Positions 1 through 13,089 of a DNA stretch of 64,000 nucleotides are shown piece by piece (the first letter of the stretch is position 1; each line of letters opens with the position of its first letter). Both the position numbers and the translations under genes were made by a program. Under the pieces are notes generated by a model. The model was given only the letters and a program-made list of their open reading frames with translations. It was not told where the DNA came from and did no database searches. This stretch comes from Octopus vulgaris (taxonomy: Eukaryota), in the NCBI GenBank assembly GCA_951406725.2, contig OX597814.1, forward strand, positions 80,662,001 through 80,726,000. Direction: 5' to 3'.

Positions 1-55
1 ATGTAATTCTAGTAGTACAAAACATTAACCCCCATCCTTTTGCTCTGCTTTGCAG

Positions 56-317
56 CATACAGGCCTCTCACAGCCAATACAGGTCAATGACATGCCTTCA
101 AACTTTGACAGCTCAGCCAACATGGCCATGAGCACAGCCACAAGCAAGAGCATGGCCACAAGCACAGCCACAACTACAATGCCCAGCAAGAAACACATAA
201 CACACGGACACACACACACACCCATGCTGGTTTCAGCAACCTATGTACCAGCCAGGTCTAGTGACATGCTCACAGTGGACAGCTTGCAGTTCACTACCAG
301 CTGCCATATGATTACAG
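56..317 (+). other. candidate exon or decayed coding segment (Ser/Thr/Met-rich in one frame, His-rich in another)
   Basis: Pyrimidine tract plus ttgcag acceptor ends at 55; ACAG|GTAAGT donor at 317/318; frame of ORF 50..562 is open across it; alternative frame reads HGHEHSHKQEHGHKHSH. Confidence 0.35.
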
Positions 318-864
318 GTAAGTTCACTACTGTCAATTTTACCATGAAGGAAGTTCACCACGAGGAAAGTTTACTGAGAAAATATATCCATGGTATCACA
401 CTATTAATAGTCAAAAGCTATTTTATTGAAAAACAAAATGGTGAATTCATGACAATGAACTTACCACACATGGAACCAGATAGTTGTAGTGAAACTATGA
501 GAAGGCATCAGCATGTGGCAGAGAGTGATACAGCTGACCTTTGTGTACTCTCACATTCATAGTTATCTGAGGCACCTTGGTTACTGTGAGCAATGGTTAC
601 TGTGAGCATAGTTGTTCTTCCACCACCAATCTGTGCTCATTCAGATGGGGGTAGATATGAACATGATCAGAAGCATGGGGATGTCCAGGAGCAGGAGTAA
701 GACAAGAAACATGAACACAAGCACATCCATGTAGATGAAGAGGACAGTGAGCACAACTAGGAGCCTGCCAGTTTTTTCATCATACATTGCAACTTGAAGA
801 ACATGATTCATCCTACACACAGGATATAGGATTTCTACACAAGGCAAATTAGCAAGACTTACTA

Positions 865-1270
865 TTCTTTTATTGTTTTACTTGTTTCAGTCATTTGACT
901 GCAGCCATGCCAGAACACCACCTTGAAGGGCTTTTAGATGAAGAAATCGATCCCAGGACTTATTTTTTGTAAGCCAAGTACTTATTCTTTCAGCTTCTTT
1001 CACCAAACCACTAACTTACAGGGAAATAAACACACCAACATCAGTTATCAAGCAATAATGGTGGGACAAACATAGACACAAATACACACACACATAAATA
1101 TATACATATATGATGGGCTTCTTTTAGTTTCCATCAACTAAATCCACTCACAAGGCTTTGGTCAGCCTGAAGCTATAGTAGAAGACACTTGCCCAAGATG
1201 CCACACAGTGGAACTGAATCTGAAACCGTGTGGTTGAGAAGCAAACTTCTTGCCACACAGCCACACCTGC
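865..1270 (-). mobile_element. tRNA-derived SINE family A (~400 bp, central CA/TA microsatellite)
   Basis: Reverse complement of the consensus seen at 46378 (head tggctgtgtggtaag...ggttcagtccc, tail gaaacaagtaaaa). Confidence 0.85.
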
Positions 1271-1532
1271 TATATCAAGAATATAAATTAACTACTTTCC
1301 AGTTTGCCTCCAGTTACATGTATATACTAGTGGAGCTTCACATCATATGTTTATGCAAAATCATATACATACTGATGTATACATGCAAATTTGCTAGTAT
1401 ACACACTGATTCAGCATATGCAGATATACATGTATGCACTCATGTAAACATACAGACTCAGTTGTATGTAGCATGCACATGCATACCATTGTATATACAA
1501 GAGATGATAAAATAAAAAAAAACATTGGGACT

Positions 1533-1546
1533 GTTGCTATGGCAAC
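1533..1546. promoter_or_regulatory. RFX X-box-like palindrome GTTGCTATGGCAAC
   Basis: Matches the RFX consensus GTNRCN-N0-3-RGYAAC; palindrome extends to ctgttgctatggcaacag; lies in non-repeat sequence. Confidence 0.4.
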
Positions 1547-1809
1547 AGGGCCAAACTATATAAAGTGGAGCTGCTTGGCACAGATTGATCTTGAACTCTG
1601 TTGTGCATGCACATTAAAGTTATAATGTTCTCGCTCACTTCTGTTGTTTATAGCAGTGTTTGGAAGTGTGTAGAGGGTGGTCATTTCCCCAAAACCACAG
1701 AGATTCCATTAGTGACTATGGAAGAGAGAATATGTGTGTATGTGTTTGTATGTGTGTGTGTCTGTGAGTGGGTGCATGGAAAGAGACAAGGCTTGACAGT
1801 TATTATGGC

Positions 1810-2046
1810 CAAGAATCTTTCCAAAAATCAAATCTCACTTGAAAAGAATATGATTTCAAGAAATCAATGAAATCCAAGGGAATTCAACAAGGCAGCTACT
1901 TGCTATCCCCTAGAAAGATAGTTCCAGGAATGCTTCCACCAATGGAAATGACAGGGGATTACTTCGAAGGAGATTAAATGCAAAATTGATATGTGTTGTA
2001 GCTTTATTTTTATAAGCACCAGTCTTAATACTTTTTGATAACACCT

Positions 2047-2047
<1 letters not shown>
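1810..2047 (+). mobile_element. mariner 3' fragment
   Basis: Translates FQECFHQWK...GDYFEGD*, typical of mariner C-termini, followed by TIR-like atactttttgataacacctc. Confidence 0.55.
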
Positions 2048-2085
<38 letters not shown>

Positions 2086-3420
2086 TTGATCAACACAACC
2101 CTTGTATTGAAATACTGTGTTCACTGATGTTCAAGAAAATTACACTATCTTTTAATTAACATGGTTTTATGCTGAAATAGTAGCTCTTTTATATCAAAAA
2201 CATTTTGATGTCACTCAGATTTGTCACAGTTCCTAGTGGCAAGTAGCAAATATATTCCTATTTTGTGTTTTCTATGGAATAAAACAATCTTCACATGTGC
2301 AACATTTTTACACAACTCTTCATGTCTTCTAACATTTTTGCATTTCATCCTATTTTATTTAAGCCAATCAACAACTAGCAATTTATCAGCCATTTTGACT
2401 ATATAAGGGAAAATTTGAAAGAATTTTTCCTCTTCACTCATTGACTCTGTATGTCATGCAGTTGACCTTTCTTATCTCTCCTCTGACATCCAGGAAGTAA
2501 CAACACAAGAAAGAATAAGCTTTATTTCTTTTTTTTTTTTCAGCCATTATAAATCACAAGGCACAAAAGCAGAATGAAAAATCCTTTGTCAATTTCTGTT
2601 TTTATCAGTTTAAAAAATATCTTCTTTTTTCTCTTATTTCTGTGCCATTATTTACACACACAGTTATGACCTTCAAATAGAACACTAACTCAAAAACATC
2701 CATTATCATTATTTCCACAATACTGAATTACACATTTGACTGTAACAAACAAGAGCATATGGATGAACTCTTTATATGATTCATTAAGTACAATTAACTT
2801 TTTATTAATGTTGTATAAAGAAACTTGTTTTTCCAGCATTGAATTTACTATTCAAGCACAACTTATGTTTTTACTGTTGTTCACTTTTATCATATATTCA
2901 CAATCTTTGTTTAAAGATGTCTTATTTTACTGCTTTGAATTCTAGAGTCACTTAGACTCCACAAAGTCTATTATCATAAAGGTAGAAAATAAAGAAACAC
3001 TGTTAAAGCTAACTTTATTCTTGTTTTTCTCTGGTATTCTTTTGTTTTCTACCCATTAAAAAAAAAAAGAAGTTTCACTGTATATGAAGAAACAATAAAC
3101 AGTGAGTTAAGACCACTGAATGAAATGGTTCAAACACAACAACTGAATAGAAGATAAAAGAAAACAAAAGACGAGATTAAAGACAGATTGAAAATATACT
3201 AAAATAGTAATGGAGTAAAAGCTTCTCCTTTCTCAATACCTGGCAAGACTGGAGAGAAGAGAACCAAATCAACATCAAAGGTAACAATGATTCAAAAGCT
3301 CTGAGCTAAATAGATTAAAATATCACTATTAAATGAGCAGCTAACATCATTCACAGGCTGTATAACCAGTATAGCATAACTTAGCTGTTCAGCAAAAGAT
3401 GCTATGGGTGATTTGTTTAA

Positions 3421-3842
3421 ATCTTTAGCATTTAAGCTGGCCATATCTGACCAAAATATTCTACTTGTCTTATGTTCAAAGTGGCCAGATCCAGCCTCTC
3501 ACATTTACCCAACAAGATTAGTCATAAAATAAACAATCACATAATTGAAATCTCAATCATCATCATCATCATCATTGTTTAACGTCCGTTTTCCATGCTA
3601 GCATGGGTTGGACGGTTTGACCAGGGTCTGGGAAGCCAGGAGGCTGCACCAGGCTCCAGTCTGATTTGGCAGTGTTTCTACAGCTGGATGCCCTTCCTAA
3701 CGCCAACCACTCCATGAGTGTAGTGGGTGCTTTTTACGTGCCACCGGCACAGGTTCCAATGTTATAAGATAATATAAGATTAATTCAAAACAATGTCAAT
3801 AAAAAGTGTTACATTTGACAGAATTATCAGAATGTTAAAAGG
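3421..3842. mobile_element. TTAA-flanked (piggyBac-type) MITE interrupted by a SINE D fragment (3556-3755)
   Basis: Same sequence as 12721-12940; ends ttaa|atctttagcatt ... aatgttaaaagg|ttaa. Confidence 0.7.
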
Positions 3843-4606
3843 TTAACTAAAACCCTTCAAAGTGGTGTCTTCAGCATGGCTGCAGTCCAATGACTAAAAT
3901 AAGTAAAAGATAAAATGATACAGAAACAACCAATCAGATCGTTTTTGGCCGACCACAGTCCTTCCACACACACGTAATAAACATGACTTGATGGGTGCCT
4001 AAATATACTAAGACATACATACAAACATACAAATAGCCAGACTAGCAGGCAAGCAGGCAGGCAGGCAGAGCAACATCAGTATTCCTAGGTGGCTATTCAC
4101 AATAGGCACACAAACTGTATTTTTGAGAGGGTGAGGCTAGTCAATTACACTGACCCCACCACCACCCCAGTAGTTGATAAGTATGCTACTTTATTAACCC
4201 CAGAAGAATAAAAGCTAAAGCTGACTAAGCAGTATTTGAACCCAAAGCATAAAGAGTCAAAGAAATATAGCAAGGGCTTATCTCAAACACACTAATGATT
4301 CTGCTGGTGCCTCTCAACTTAATATTTCTAAAATATGTACGAAGCCTTAAATTTGGTGGAATGGGACTAAATGATGCCATAGGCTCCATTACTTGAATGG
4401 TATATTAATTTATTGATTTTGAAGGTATGAAAGGCAATGCTGACCTCAGCAAGATTTGAACTCAAAATATGAACCAGACCTAGTCATCTCTGTGCATGAT
4501 GAAGTCTCTGGGACCACTAACTAGAGATGACCCCAGCCCCATCAAGAAAGAGCATGAAGCAAGCAAGAAGTATTTTCTGATATGCCAGTGATTCTATCAA
4601 TCGATA

Positions 4607-4655
<49 letters not shown>

Positions 4656-4656
4656 T

Positions 4657-6300
4657 AACCTCCATTGTTTTTTGTTCTCTGCATGATATCCCTGGCCTTG
4701 GTACTAAGAAAAATTAACCAGGGGTACCAACTAAAGGAAAAATCCCAAATAATCAACCACCTCTTCTTCGTAGATGATTTGAAACTGTATGGCAAAGATG
4801 AGACACAAGTGAGTTCCTTGGTGAATATGGTCTACTGTTTTAGTACTGATATTAGAATGGAATTTGGATTCAAGAAGTGCAGAATAATCTACCTAAAAAG
4901 AGGTAAGGTACAGTCCCTAGAAGGGATAGAATTACCAAATAGAGACTTGCTTAAACAAATTGAAATGCAAGGCTACAAATACCTTGGTGCACTAGAGTTC
5001 AACCAGATAACGGAGAAGGAAATGAAAGAGCAACTGAGGATGGAATATTTCTGAAGTCTGAGGTAGGTGTTACACTCAAAATTGACTGGATGGAATAAAA
5101 TCCAAGCAGTTGATACGTGAGCAATAGTATCACTTTGGTATGGAACGGGAATCATAAAATGGCAGTGAAGAAAATGGATACCAAGACCAGAAAAATGTTG
5201 ACAGTACATGGAGTCTTCCACCCTAAGAGTGACACTAATAGGCTGTACTTGTCCAGAAGAAAGGATAGGAGAGGCTTTATCAGTTGTCAGGACTGTATCA
5301 AAACAAAGGAACACAGCTCAGGGTGGTATATGAAAAATGCCATGGAGCCACTGTTGAAAAATACAAAGAAGGCCAGTGTCGTCAAAAATGAAAATTGTAT
5401 AATGAAAGAAAAATTTTAATAAGAAATGAACAAGAAAAAAGAAAAAGCATGGAAGGAAAAAGAAATGTATGGTCAGTTTGCAAGAGATGTGAACTCCAAG
5501 ACAGATACAGAGGACCGGTGGCTATGGATGAGGAGGAGTGACCTGAAGACAGATACAGAAGCACTTATATGCACAGCCCAAGAACAATCATTAAGGACCA
5601 ACTATGTGAAGTGCAGAATAGACAACACTACCAACAATGTGTGGTGAGAGGGGTGAAACGGTATGGCACATCATTAGCAAATGCCCCAAATTAGCACAAC
5701 GTGAATACAAAAGATGCTATGACAATGTGGCAAGAACGACCTATTTGGAGCTCTGTGGTAATCACAGCCTACAAAGAGCAAAGATGTCGTATGAGCAAAC
5801 CCCAGAAGGAGTGATTGAAAATGAGGATTGCAAAATCTTGTGGAATGCAATGATCCAGTGCAATCACCCCAATCAGACATTGGAAACTGGACATTATTGT
5901 GGTGGATAAAAAAGAAAGAACATGAATGATAATTGACATAACATGCCCTGGTGACAACAGAATCAACGGGAAAGAAGAAAGAAAAAACAACTACGATGAT
6001 TTGAAGTAAGAAATACGAAAATTGTGGTCAATGAAGAGAGATGTGATACCAATAGTAATTGGTGCACTTGGAAGTATTGACACTCAACACCCAACGTGGC
6101 TAAAAATGAAGTGTGAAGGTAGAACACCTACAAAAATCAGCATTGCTTGGAACTGCAAGAATTCTTCACAGGGTTCTTGAAGTGTGACCAGTAGACAAGT
6201 GTCACTTCAGTCTGCTGGTTGTGGACAGCTGACACTTTCCATCATACCCAGCAAAATAAGCTGCGAGTTTTCATTGCATAATAATAATAATAATAATAAT
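4657..6300 (+). mobile_element. 5'-truncated R4/Dong-type non-LTR retrotransposon (RT, CCHC finger, restriction-like endonuclease), frameshifted
   Basis: INHLFFVDDLKLY (RT), GYKYLG, CGERGETVWHIISKCPKLA (zinc knuckle), IIDITCP (REL); (TAA)n on both sides (4608-4657, 6279-6300). Confidence 0.9.
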
Positions 6301-6512
6301 AGTTTCAAATTTTGGCACAAAACCAACAATTTTGGGAAAGGGGCAAGTTGACTACATTGATCCCAGTATTTAACTGGTACTTATTCATTGACCCCAAAAT
6401 GATGAAAGGCAAAGTTGACCCCAGCATAATATTAACTCAGAACATAAAGGTAGACAAAATGCCACTAACCATTTTGCTTGGCATGCTAACGATTCTGCCA
6501 GCTCACCACCTT
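6300..6512 (-). mobile_element. SINE family B (Nin-domain-like)
   Basis: Reverse complement of ggcggtgagctggcagaa...gagttcaaattc...gcctttcatcc...aagtaccag. Confidence 0.8.
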
Positions 6513-6549
6513 AATAATATTAATATATATATAATAATGATAATAATAA

Positions 6550-8492
6550 TAGCCATGAACATGGTAGCACCAATGATAATAGAATATATAAAACATGCTA
6601 TGAATAAGTGGCAAACAGTTCTGTAGCTTCAAACAAAAGAGGGTATCACAAAAACTAAAGCCATCCTCATTAGAAGAGATTTCTCTTCTAAGGAGACTTA
6701 CTTTCTCCACTCTTTTTCTGTCTGGCACTGACACCTTTAACCAACACACTAAACAAAACTGGATGTGGATACAACTGTTATGGTAAAACAATCAACTATC
6801 TCTTGTATGTAGATGATCTAAAACTGTATGCTGCAAATGATAAAGAGCTGGAAACATTACTACAGACTGTGTATAGATTTAACAAAGAATGAATATAAAA
6901 TTCAGCATAGTGAAATGTACTATAGCAACCTTGAAAAGAGGAAAACTAGTTAAGAGAAACAATATCACACTAGATAAAGAAAATGAAATAAAAGTAAACC
7001 CAGACATACAATACTAAGGAATCAATGACCAAACCCAGACAAAGAAATACTTAGGAATCAAGAACTAGATAAGGCACAAATGAAAGGGGAGATAAGGAAG
7101 GAATACTACAGATTAATACTTAAATGAGAGTTCAATGTGAAAAACAAGATTATCAGTATCAATACTCTAACTGTTCCAGTTATAAGTTTCAGTTACAATT
7201 TTCTTAATTGGATACTAAATGAACTAACCAAACTAGAGAGGAAAACAACAAAAAAAAATAATAATAATGACAGAATTTAGAATACATCACCCAAAATCTG
7301 ATATGGAAAAGTTGTATATACAATGAATTGAATGTGATAGAGGCTTTATACAATTAGAGAACTTCTATAAAATATCCACCATAGGATTACAGAAATATCT
7401 TTGAACCAAGAAAAACTGGTACAGATAGCCACAAAGCATGAGCAAAACAAAAAAGCTGTTTTCTGTCTTCAAGGAAAAATACTGAAAGGAGTCATAATAC
7501 TTGACAACTATGAAGAAAAAAGAACAAGCAACAAAAGCTATAAAGCAACTAAAATATAAGCTCAAACTGAAACTACAAAATACCATGATAAAACGATAGC
7601 AAGAAAAGAGTTTACATAGCAAATACTGAGTAAGTAAAACAGAAAAGAAATAGACAAATAAAAATCCCAACAGTAGTTGAGAAGCTCAGGGCTCAAAGCA
7701 GAGAGTGAAGGTTTTTATTTGCTGCACAAGATCAAAGCCTCTCCAAAAACATATAATGAAGAAAAATATAGTAAGTAACTGCAGAATATGTGGTGATGGG
7801 GAAGAAACAATAAATCATATTGTCTCTGGCTGCCCACCAGTCCTGGCTAAGAAGGAATATATTCAAAAACACGACAGAGTTGGGACCTATATACATCGGA
7901 AGTGATACCAACACTATGGAATGACAACAGAAAAATGATGGTATAGGCACACCCCAGAAAAGGTATCAGAAAATGACAAAGCAACCATACTCTGGAATAT
8001 ACCAATACACACAGATAGAGAGATCAAGGCTAATCAAACTGGATGTAGTTGTCAGAGACCATCAAGAAAAAAAGTTGTCTTCTAATCGAAGTATCAATCT
8101 CAAAAGATTGCAATGTATCTCTAAAAGAAACAGAGAAACTCTCAAAATGCAAAGATCTAGAAATGGAGATAACCTGAATGTGGAACCTAAAAACAGAAAT
8201 AATCCCTCTATGTGTTACGTATGATTAAAAAACATACAGACAAATACATAGCCAAAACACCAGGACTTACAAAAATATATAATATACAGAAAATAGCATA
8301 ACTAGTCATCATACACATCCTAAGTGTGAAAATAACAACACCAGTGAAAATAACAACTACAATATCGACCACAGCACATACCCAAACACAGGGCTGTGCT
8401 CAGTAGTGTAGCAAAATCACATGGTAAAAACAAGACTACTGAATAATAACAATAATAATGATGATAATAATAATAATAATAATAATAATAAA
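6550..8492 (+). mobile_element. older, degraded R4/Dong-type LINE
   Basis: LLYVDDLKLY at ~6800; CRICGDGEETINHIVSGC at ~7780; many stops; (TAA)n at both ends. Confidence 0.85.
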
Positions 8493-8529
8493 CAATACAC
8501 ATATACAAATGCATACACACTAATATATG

Positions 8530-8721
8530 CTCTTTTACTCTTTTACTCTTTACTTGTTTCAGTCATTTGACTTCGTGACCCCAGGACTTATTCTTTGTAA
8601 CCCTAGTACTTATTCTATAGGTCTCTTTTGCTGAACCGCTAAGTTACAGGGACGTAAACACACCAGCATGGTCATCAAGCAATGTTGGGGGACAAACACA
8701 GACACACAAACATATACACAC

Positions 8722-8768
<47 letters not shown>

Positions 8769-8942
8769 TATATACAACAGGTTTCTTTCAGTTTCCATCT
8801 ACCAAATCCACTCACAAGGCTTTGGTTGGCCCAAGGCTATAGTAGAAGACACTTGCCCAATGTGCCACCACGCTGTGAGACTGAACCCGAAACCATGTGG
8901 TTGGTAAGCAAGCTACTTGCCACACAGCCACTCCTGCGCCTA
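8530..8942 (-). mobile_element. SINE family A
   Basis: Homology to other family A copies in the window. Confidence 0.85.
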
Positions 8943-9136
8943 TGCTGTGCATACATAAATGTTATTGCTGTTTATACATTTCTTCTTCAATTGATAAAAT
9001 AAATGAAACTGACTCTGGAAAGATTTGGATCCAAAAACCTATGTTTTATACAAAACTAAATGTAGAGAGGGGAGGGGAAAATCTAGTGCTCTACAATTTT
9101 TGCCAACATCCTGGATCATAAATCTATTGAGTGAAA

Positions 9137-9393
<257 letters not shown>

Positions 9394-9613
9394 AGAGAAA
9401 ATAGGGAGAAAGGGAAAGAGGAGGAGCATAGTAAAGTTATGGAAGGGAAAAAAATACTTAGAGAGAGAGCTATTTTGATTTTAAAGCAAAGAAAATGCTG
9501 AATGAAAGAAATTCAGAGATGAAAATTCTATAGTATTTATCTTTTGGTAAGAAGCTAAAATATGGCAAAAAGAAAAAAAGGAAATAATAATAATGATAAT
9601 AATAATAATAATG

Positions 9614-9650
<37 letters not shown>

Positions 9651-9844
9651 TAATAATAATAAAACCAAATTGATTCAAGATTGTAATGTTCTGTTTCCAG
9701 CAAATGGATTCACTTTTTCCAATTATGAAAACCAAATGCTTTCCAATTGATTTCCGTATGGGGTGAAGTATTTTGAGAGAGTGGTTGGAAAGTAGTACCT
9801 TTAAATCTATCTGGCATGATGATAGTGGTAGTTGTAACAGAAGT

Positions 9845-10180
9845 AGTTGTTGTTGTTGTTGGTGGTGGTGTTGGTGTTGGTGGTGGTGGTGGTGGTGTGG
9901 TGGTGGTGGTGGTGGTGGTGGTGGTGGTGGTGGTGGTGGTGGTGGTGGTGGTGATGGTAGTGGTGTGGTGGTGGTAGTGGTGGTGGTGGTTTTGGTTGGT
10001 GGTAGTGGTAGTGGTGTGGTGGTGGTGGTGGTGGTGGTAGTAGTGTGGTGGTGGTTTTGGTGATGGTTAGGGCATTGTTGTTGTTGTTGGTGGTGGTGGT
10101 GGTGATGAATTACATGTGTTATTTTGTTGTTGTGCTGGTGGTTGTTATTGTTGTGGATGATGATGATGATGATGCTGTTG

Positions 10181-10212
<32 letters not shown>

Positions 10213-10345
10213 GGTAGAAAGTGTTGAAGTAGATATGAGTTTAATGGTTAGTTTTGTTGTTGGGCGATCATGATGGTGGTGGTGGTGACTATAATAATAA
10301 TGATGATGGTGGTGGTGGTGGTGGTGGTGGCGGCAGCAGTGATGA
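9845..10345. repeat. (GGT)n/(GTT)n/(GAT)n trinucleotide tract
   Basis: Direct inspection. Confidence 0.9.
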
Positions 10346-10639
10346 TGGTAGTGCTTTAGGTGATGATTGCGGTCAGGGTATGTGAGTGGGTTGTGATGGT
10401 TGAAGTGAGGGAGTGGAGAGAGGGAGGTAGTAATGCTATAATTCCCAGTGATGTCAGACAGGTGATGGTATAGGTACCAGGAGGAGTAAAAAAGTTGAAG
10501 AGTATTGATATAATGATATCAAGCAATAATTTTAGTGATGATGATGATGCTTGTTATGATGCTGGTGCTGGTGCTGGTGAAAGTTGTATTTGTTACCATG
10601 GTAGCAAATACACTTCTGACAAGAATTTTTTTTTACTTT

Positions 10640-10807
10640 AGGCACAGACATGGCTGTGTGGTAAGAAGCTTGCTTCCCAACCACATAGTTTCAGGTTCAG
10701 TCCCACTGAGTGGCATCTTGGGCAGGTGTTTTCTTCTATAGCCTCTGACCAATCAAAGCCTTCTGAGTGGATTTGGTAGATGGAAACTGAAAGAAGCCTG
10801 TTGTATA

Positions 10808-10844
<37 letters not shown>

Positions 10845-11098
10845 ATGCATATGTGTGTGTGTATCTATGTACATGTGTCTTTCTATATGTGTTTGTCCCA
10901 CCACCACTGCTTCACAACCGGTGCTGGTGTGTTTGCATTCCTGTAACTTAGCAGTCCAGCAAAAGAGACCAATAAAATAAATACCAAGCTTAAAAAATAA
11001 GTACCAGGGTCAATTCATTCAAGTAAAAATTCAAGGCAAAGCCCCAGCATGGCCACAGTCTAAATGACTGAAACAAGTAAAAGATAAAAGATAAAAGA
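10640..11098 (+). mobile_element. SINE family A
   Basis: Head ggcacagacatggctgtgtggtaag, B-box-like ggttcagtccc, tail (aaaagat)n. Confidence 0.85.
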
Positions 11099-11120
11099 TG
11101 GTACCAGGTAATTTGTTCTA

Positions 11121-11300
11121 GTTCCACATTCCTCAAAACCATGGAACTCCCAAACCAGAGTTTCACTACTGGATACAGTTATGGTTTTAAACTGTATCCA
11201 GTAGTGAAACTCTGGTTTGGGAGTTCCATGGTTTTGAGGAATGTGGAACCAATAGTCACTACTGATCTGGAATCAGTAGTGACTTCACTACTGATTCCAG
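11121..11300. repeat. perfect 60-bp inverted repeat plus two overlapping short palindromes
   Basis: 11121-11180 is the reverse complement of 11190-11249; 11254-11266/11272-11284; 11267-11282/11285-11300. Confidence 0.95.
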
Positions 11301-12527
11301 GTCATTAAATACTGGCCATTACATTTTTAATCAACCAAATATGAACCATTTTGTTGCATAATGCATCTCCATCTTCCCTTTAACTTGAAAATACCCTCTT
11401 CCCAGAATTGAGGTGGTTTCATGGCAAAGAATTCATCAAGGTATCTTTTTACATCATCCAAGGAACTGAAATTTTTACCATTAAGACTATTCTGCAGAGA
11501 CCTGAATAAGTGGAAATCCGAAGGAGCAATATCTGGTGAATATAGAGGATGGGGTAACATATCCCAGCCGAGCTGCAGCAATTTTTGTCTAGTTCCCAAA
11601 GAAATGTGTGGTCTTGCATTATCATGCTGGAAAACAACACCCTTCCTGTTGGCCAATTCTGGACATTTCTCTGGAATTGCTGCTTTTAACTCGTTCAGTT
11701 GTGTGCAGTATTTCTCAGAATTAATTGTCTGGTTACTTGGGAGAAGCTCATAGTACAGAATTCCTTTCCAATTCCACCAGACACAAAGCAAGACTTTTTA
11801 GGGTGAAGACCCACTTTTGGGATGGCTAAGGGTGGCTCATGTCACTTACTCCAGGTTCACTTTCTCTGAACATTTTGGTAGATAATCCATTTCTCATCAC
11901 CTGTCAGAATTTACTTTAAAAAAGGCACATTTTCATTCCATTTATAAAGCGAATCACAGATGGAAATGCGATCCAAAAGGTTCTTCTCACTCAACACATG
12001 TGGTACCCAAACAGCGCAGTGATTTGTGTACCCAAGCTTTACAGGTGCTCATGAACGATGGATTTTGACAGGTTGAGGCTTTCTGCCAATTCTTGGGTTG
12101 TGCATTGTGGGTTATTCTCAATTTAATGACTTGATTTGATCAGGATGGTCTGCCTGATCGCTCTTTATCAATAAGGCTACAATCTCTAGCTTGGAACCTT
12201 GCAAACCACTTCTGTACAGTTCCTTCGGATAAAGAAACATCTATGTAAACTGTGCATATTTCTTTGGTTGCTTGTAAGGCATTTTTCCACTTACAGAAAA
12301 AGAAAAGCATCAAGTGCCAAAAATGAACTTTCTTATCTTCCATTTTAAAGGGTTACAGAATTAACACCTGTTATATGAACATAAACCTTCTTCCACGAAA
12401 AGATAGCTTAAACTGTGCTCTAAATGGAGGTGTAGTCAAATCTTATTTTAGGAACTCAACTATGTTCTAAAATAAGTCAAAAGGTAAGCTGCTATAAATT
12501 GGCATGAACTTTCCAGACAACCCAATA
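11301..12527 (-). mobile_element. mariner (DD34D) transposon with disrupted transposase (12343->11327); 3' TIR missing
   Basis: MEDKKVHF start, WVPHVL, FQHDNARPH, HPLYSPDIAPSDFHLF; 5' TIR tattgggttgtctggaaagttc at the right end. Confidence 0.9.
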
Positions 12528-12720
12528 GTTCATCAGAGGAAAAGTGGCTGCAGCAATGCATTGTAGAATGCAGAGAGCAAGATGAGGCAAGTAAGACATC
12601 TTGATTGTCCACTGCATCTGTCTCCATCCCTTGTTGTCTGGACCAGGTCTTCCCACTGGATTGAAGATGGTCACAGATAAGACAGTGAGGTTGACAGTGC
12701 ACAACTCTTCTTCACTTTAA

Positions 12721-12940
12721 CCCTTTAGCCTTTAAACTGGCCATATCCAGCCCAAATATCCTACATATTTTGTATTCAGACTGGCTACAACTGGCCTCTC
12801 ACACCTACTCTACGATGTCATTCTAAAAATATATTATCACATCATTGAAATCTTGAAGCTAGAAAATAATGCTGGATTCATTTGCAATGATTTGAATAAA
12901 TAAACATTATATTTGAAAAAGTAATCTGAATGCTAAAGGG
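12721..12940. mobile_element. complete 220-bp TTAA-flanked MITE (piggyBac-type)
   Basis: TTAA at 12717-12720 and 12941-12944; TIR ccctttagc...gctaaaggg. Confidence 0.8.
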
Positions 12941-13089
12941 TTAAATAATTTCACTGCACAGATCATCAGTCATCCATATGATCTGTGAGATTTGGTCATT
13001 ATTTCTAACAGAGACAGAGAGAGAGAGAGAGAGGGAGCTTTTAAAGGTTCCCTCATTGGCTCATGAAATAAGGCATTGGAGAGAGATGT

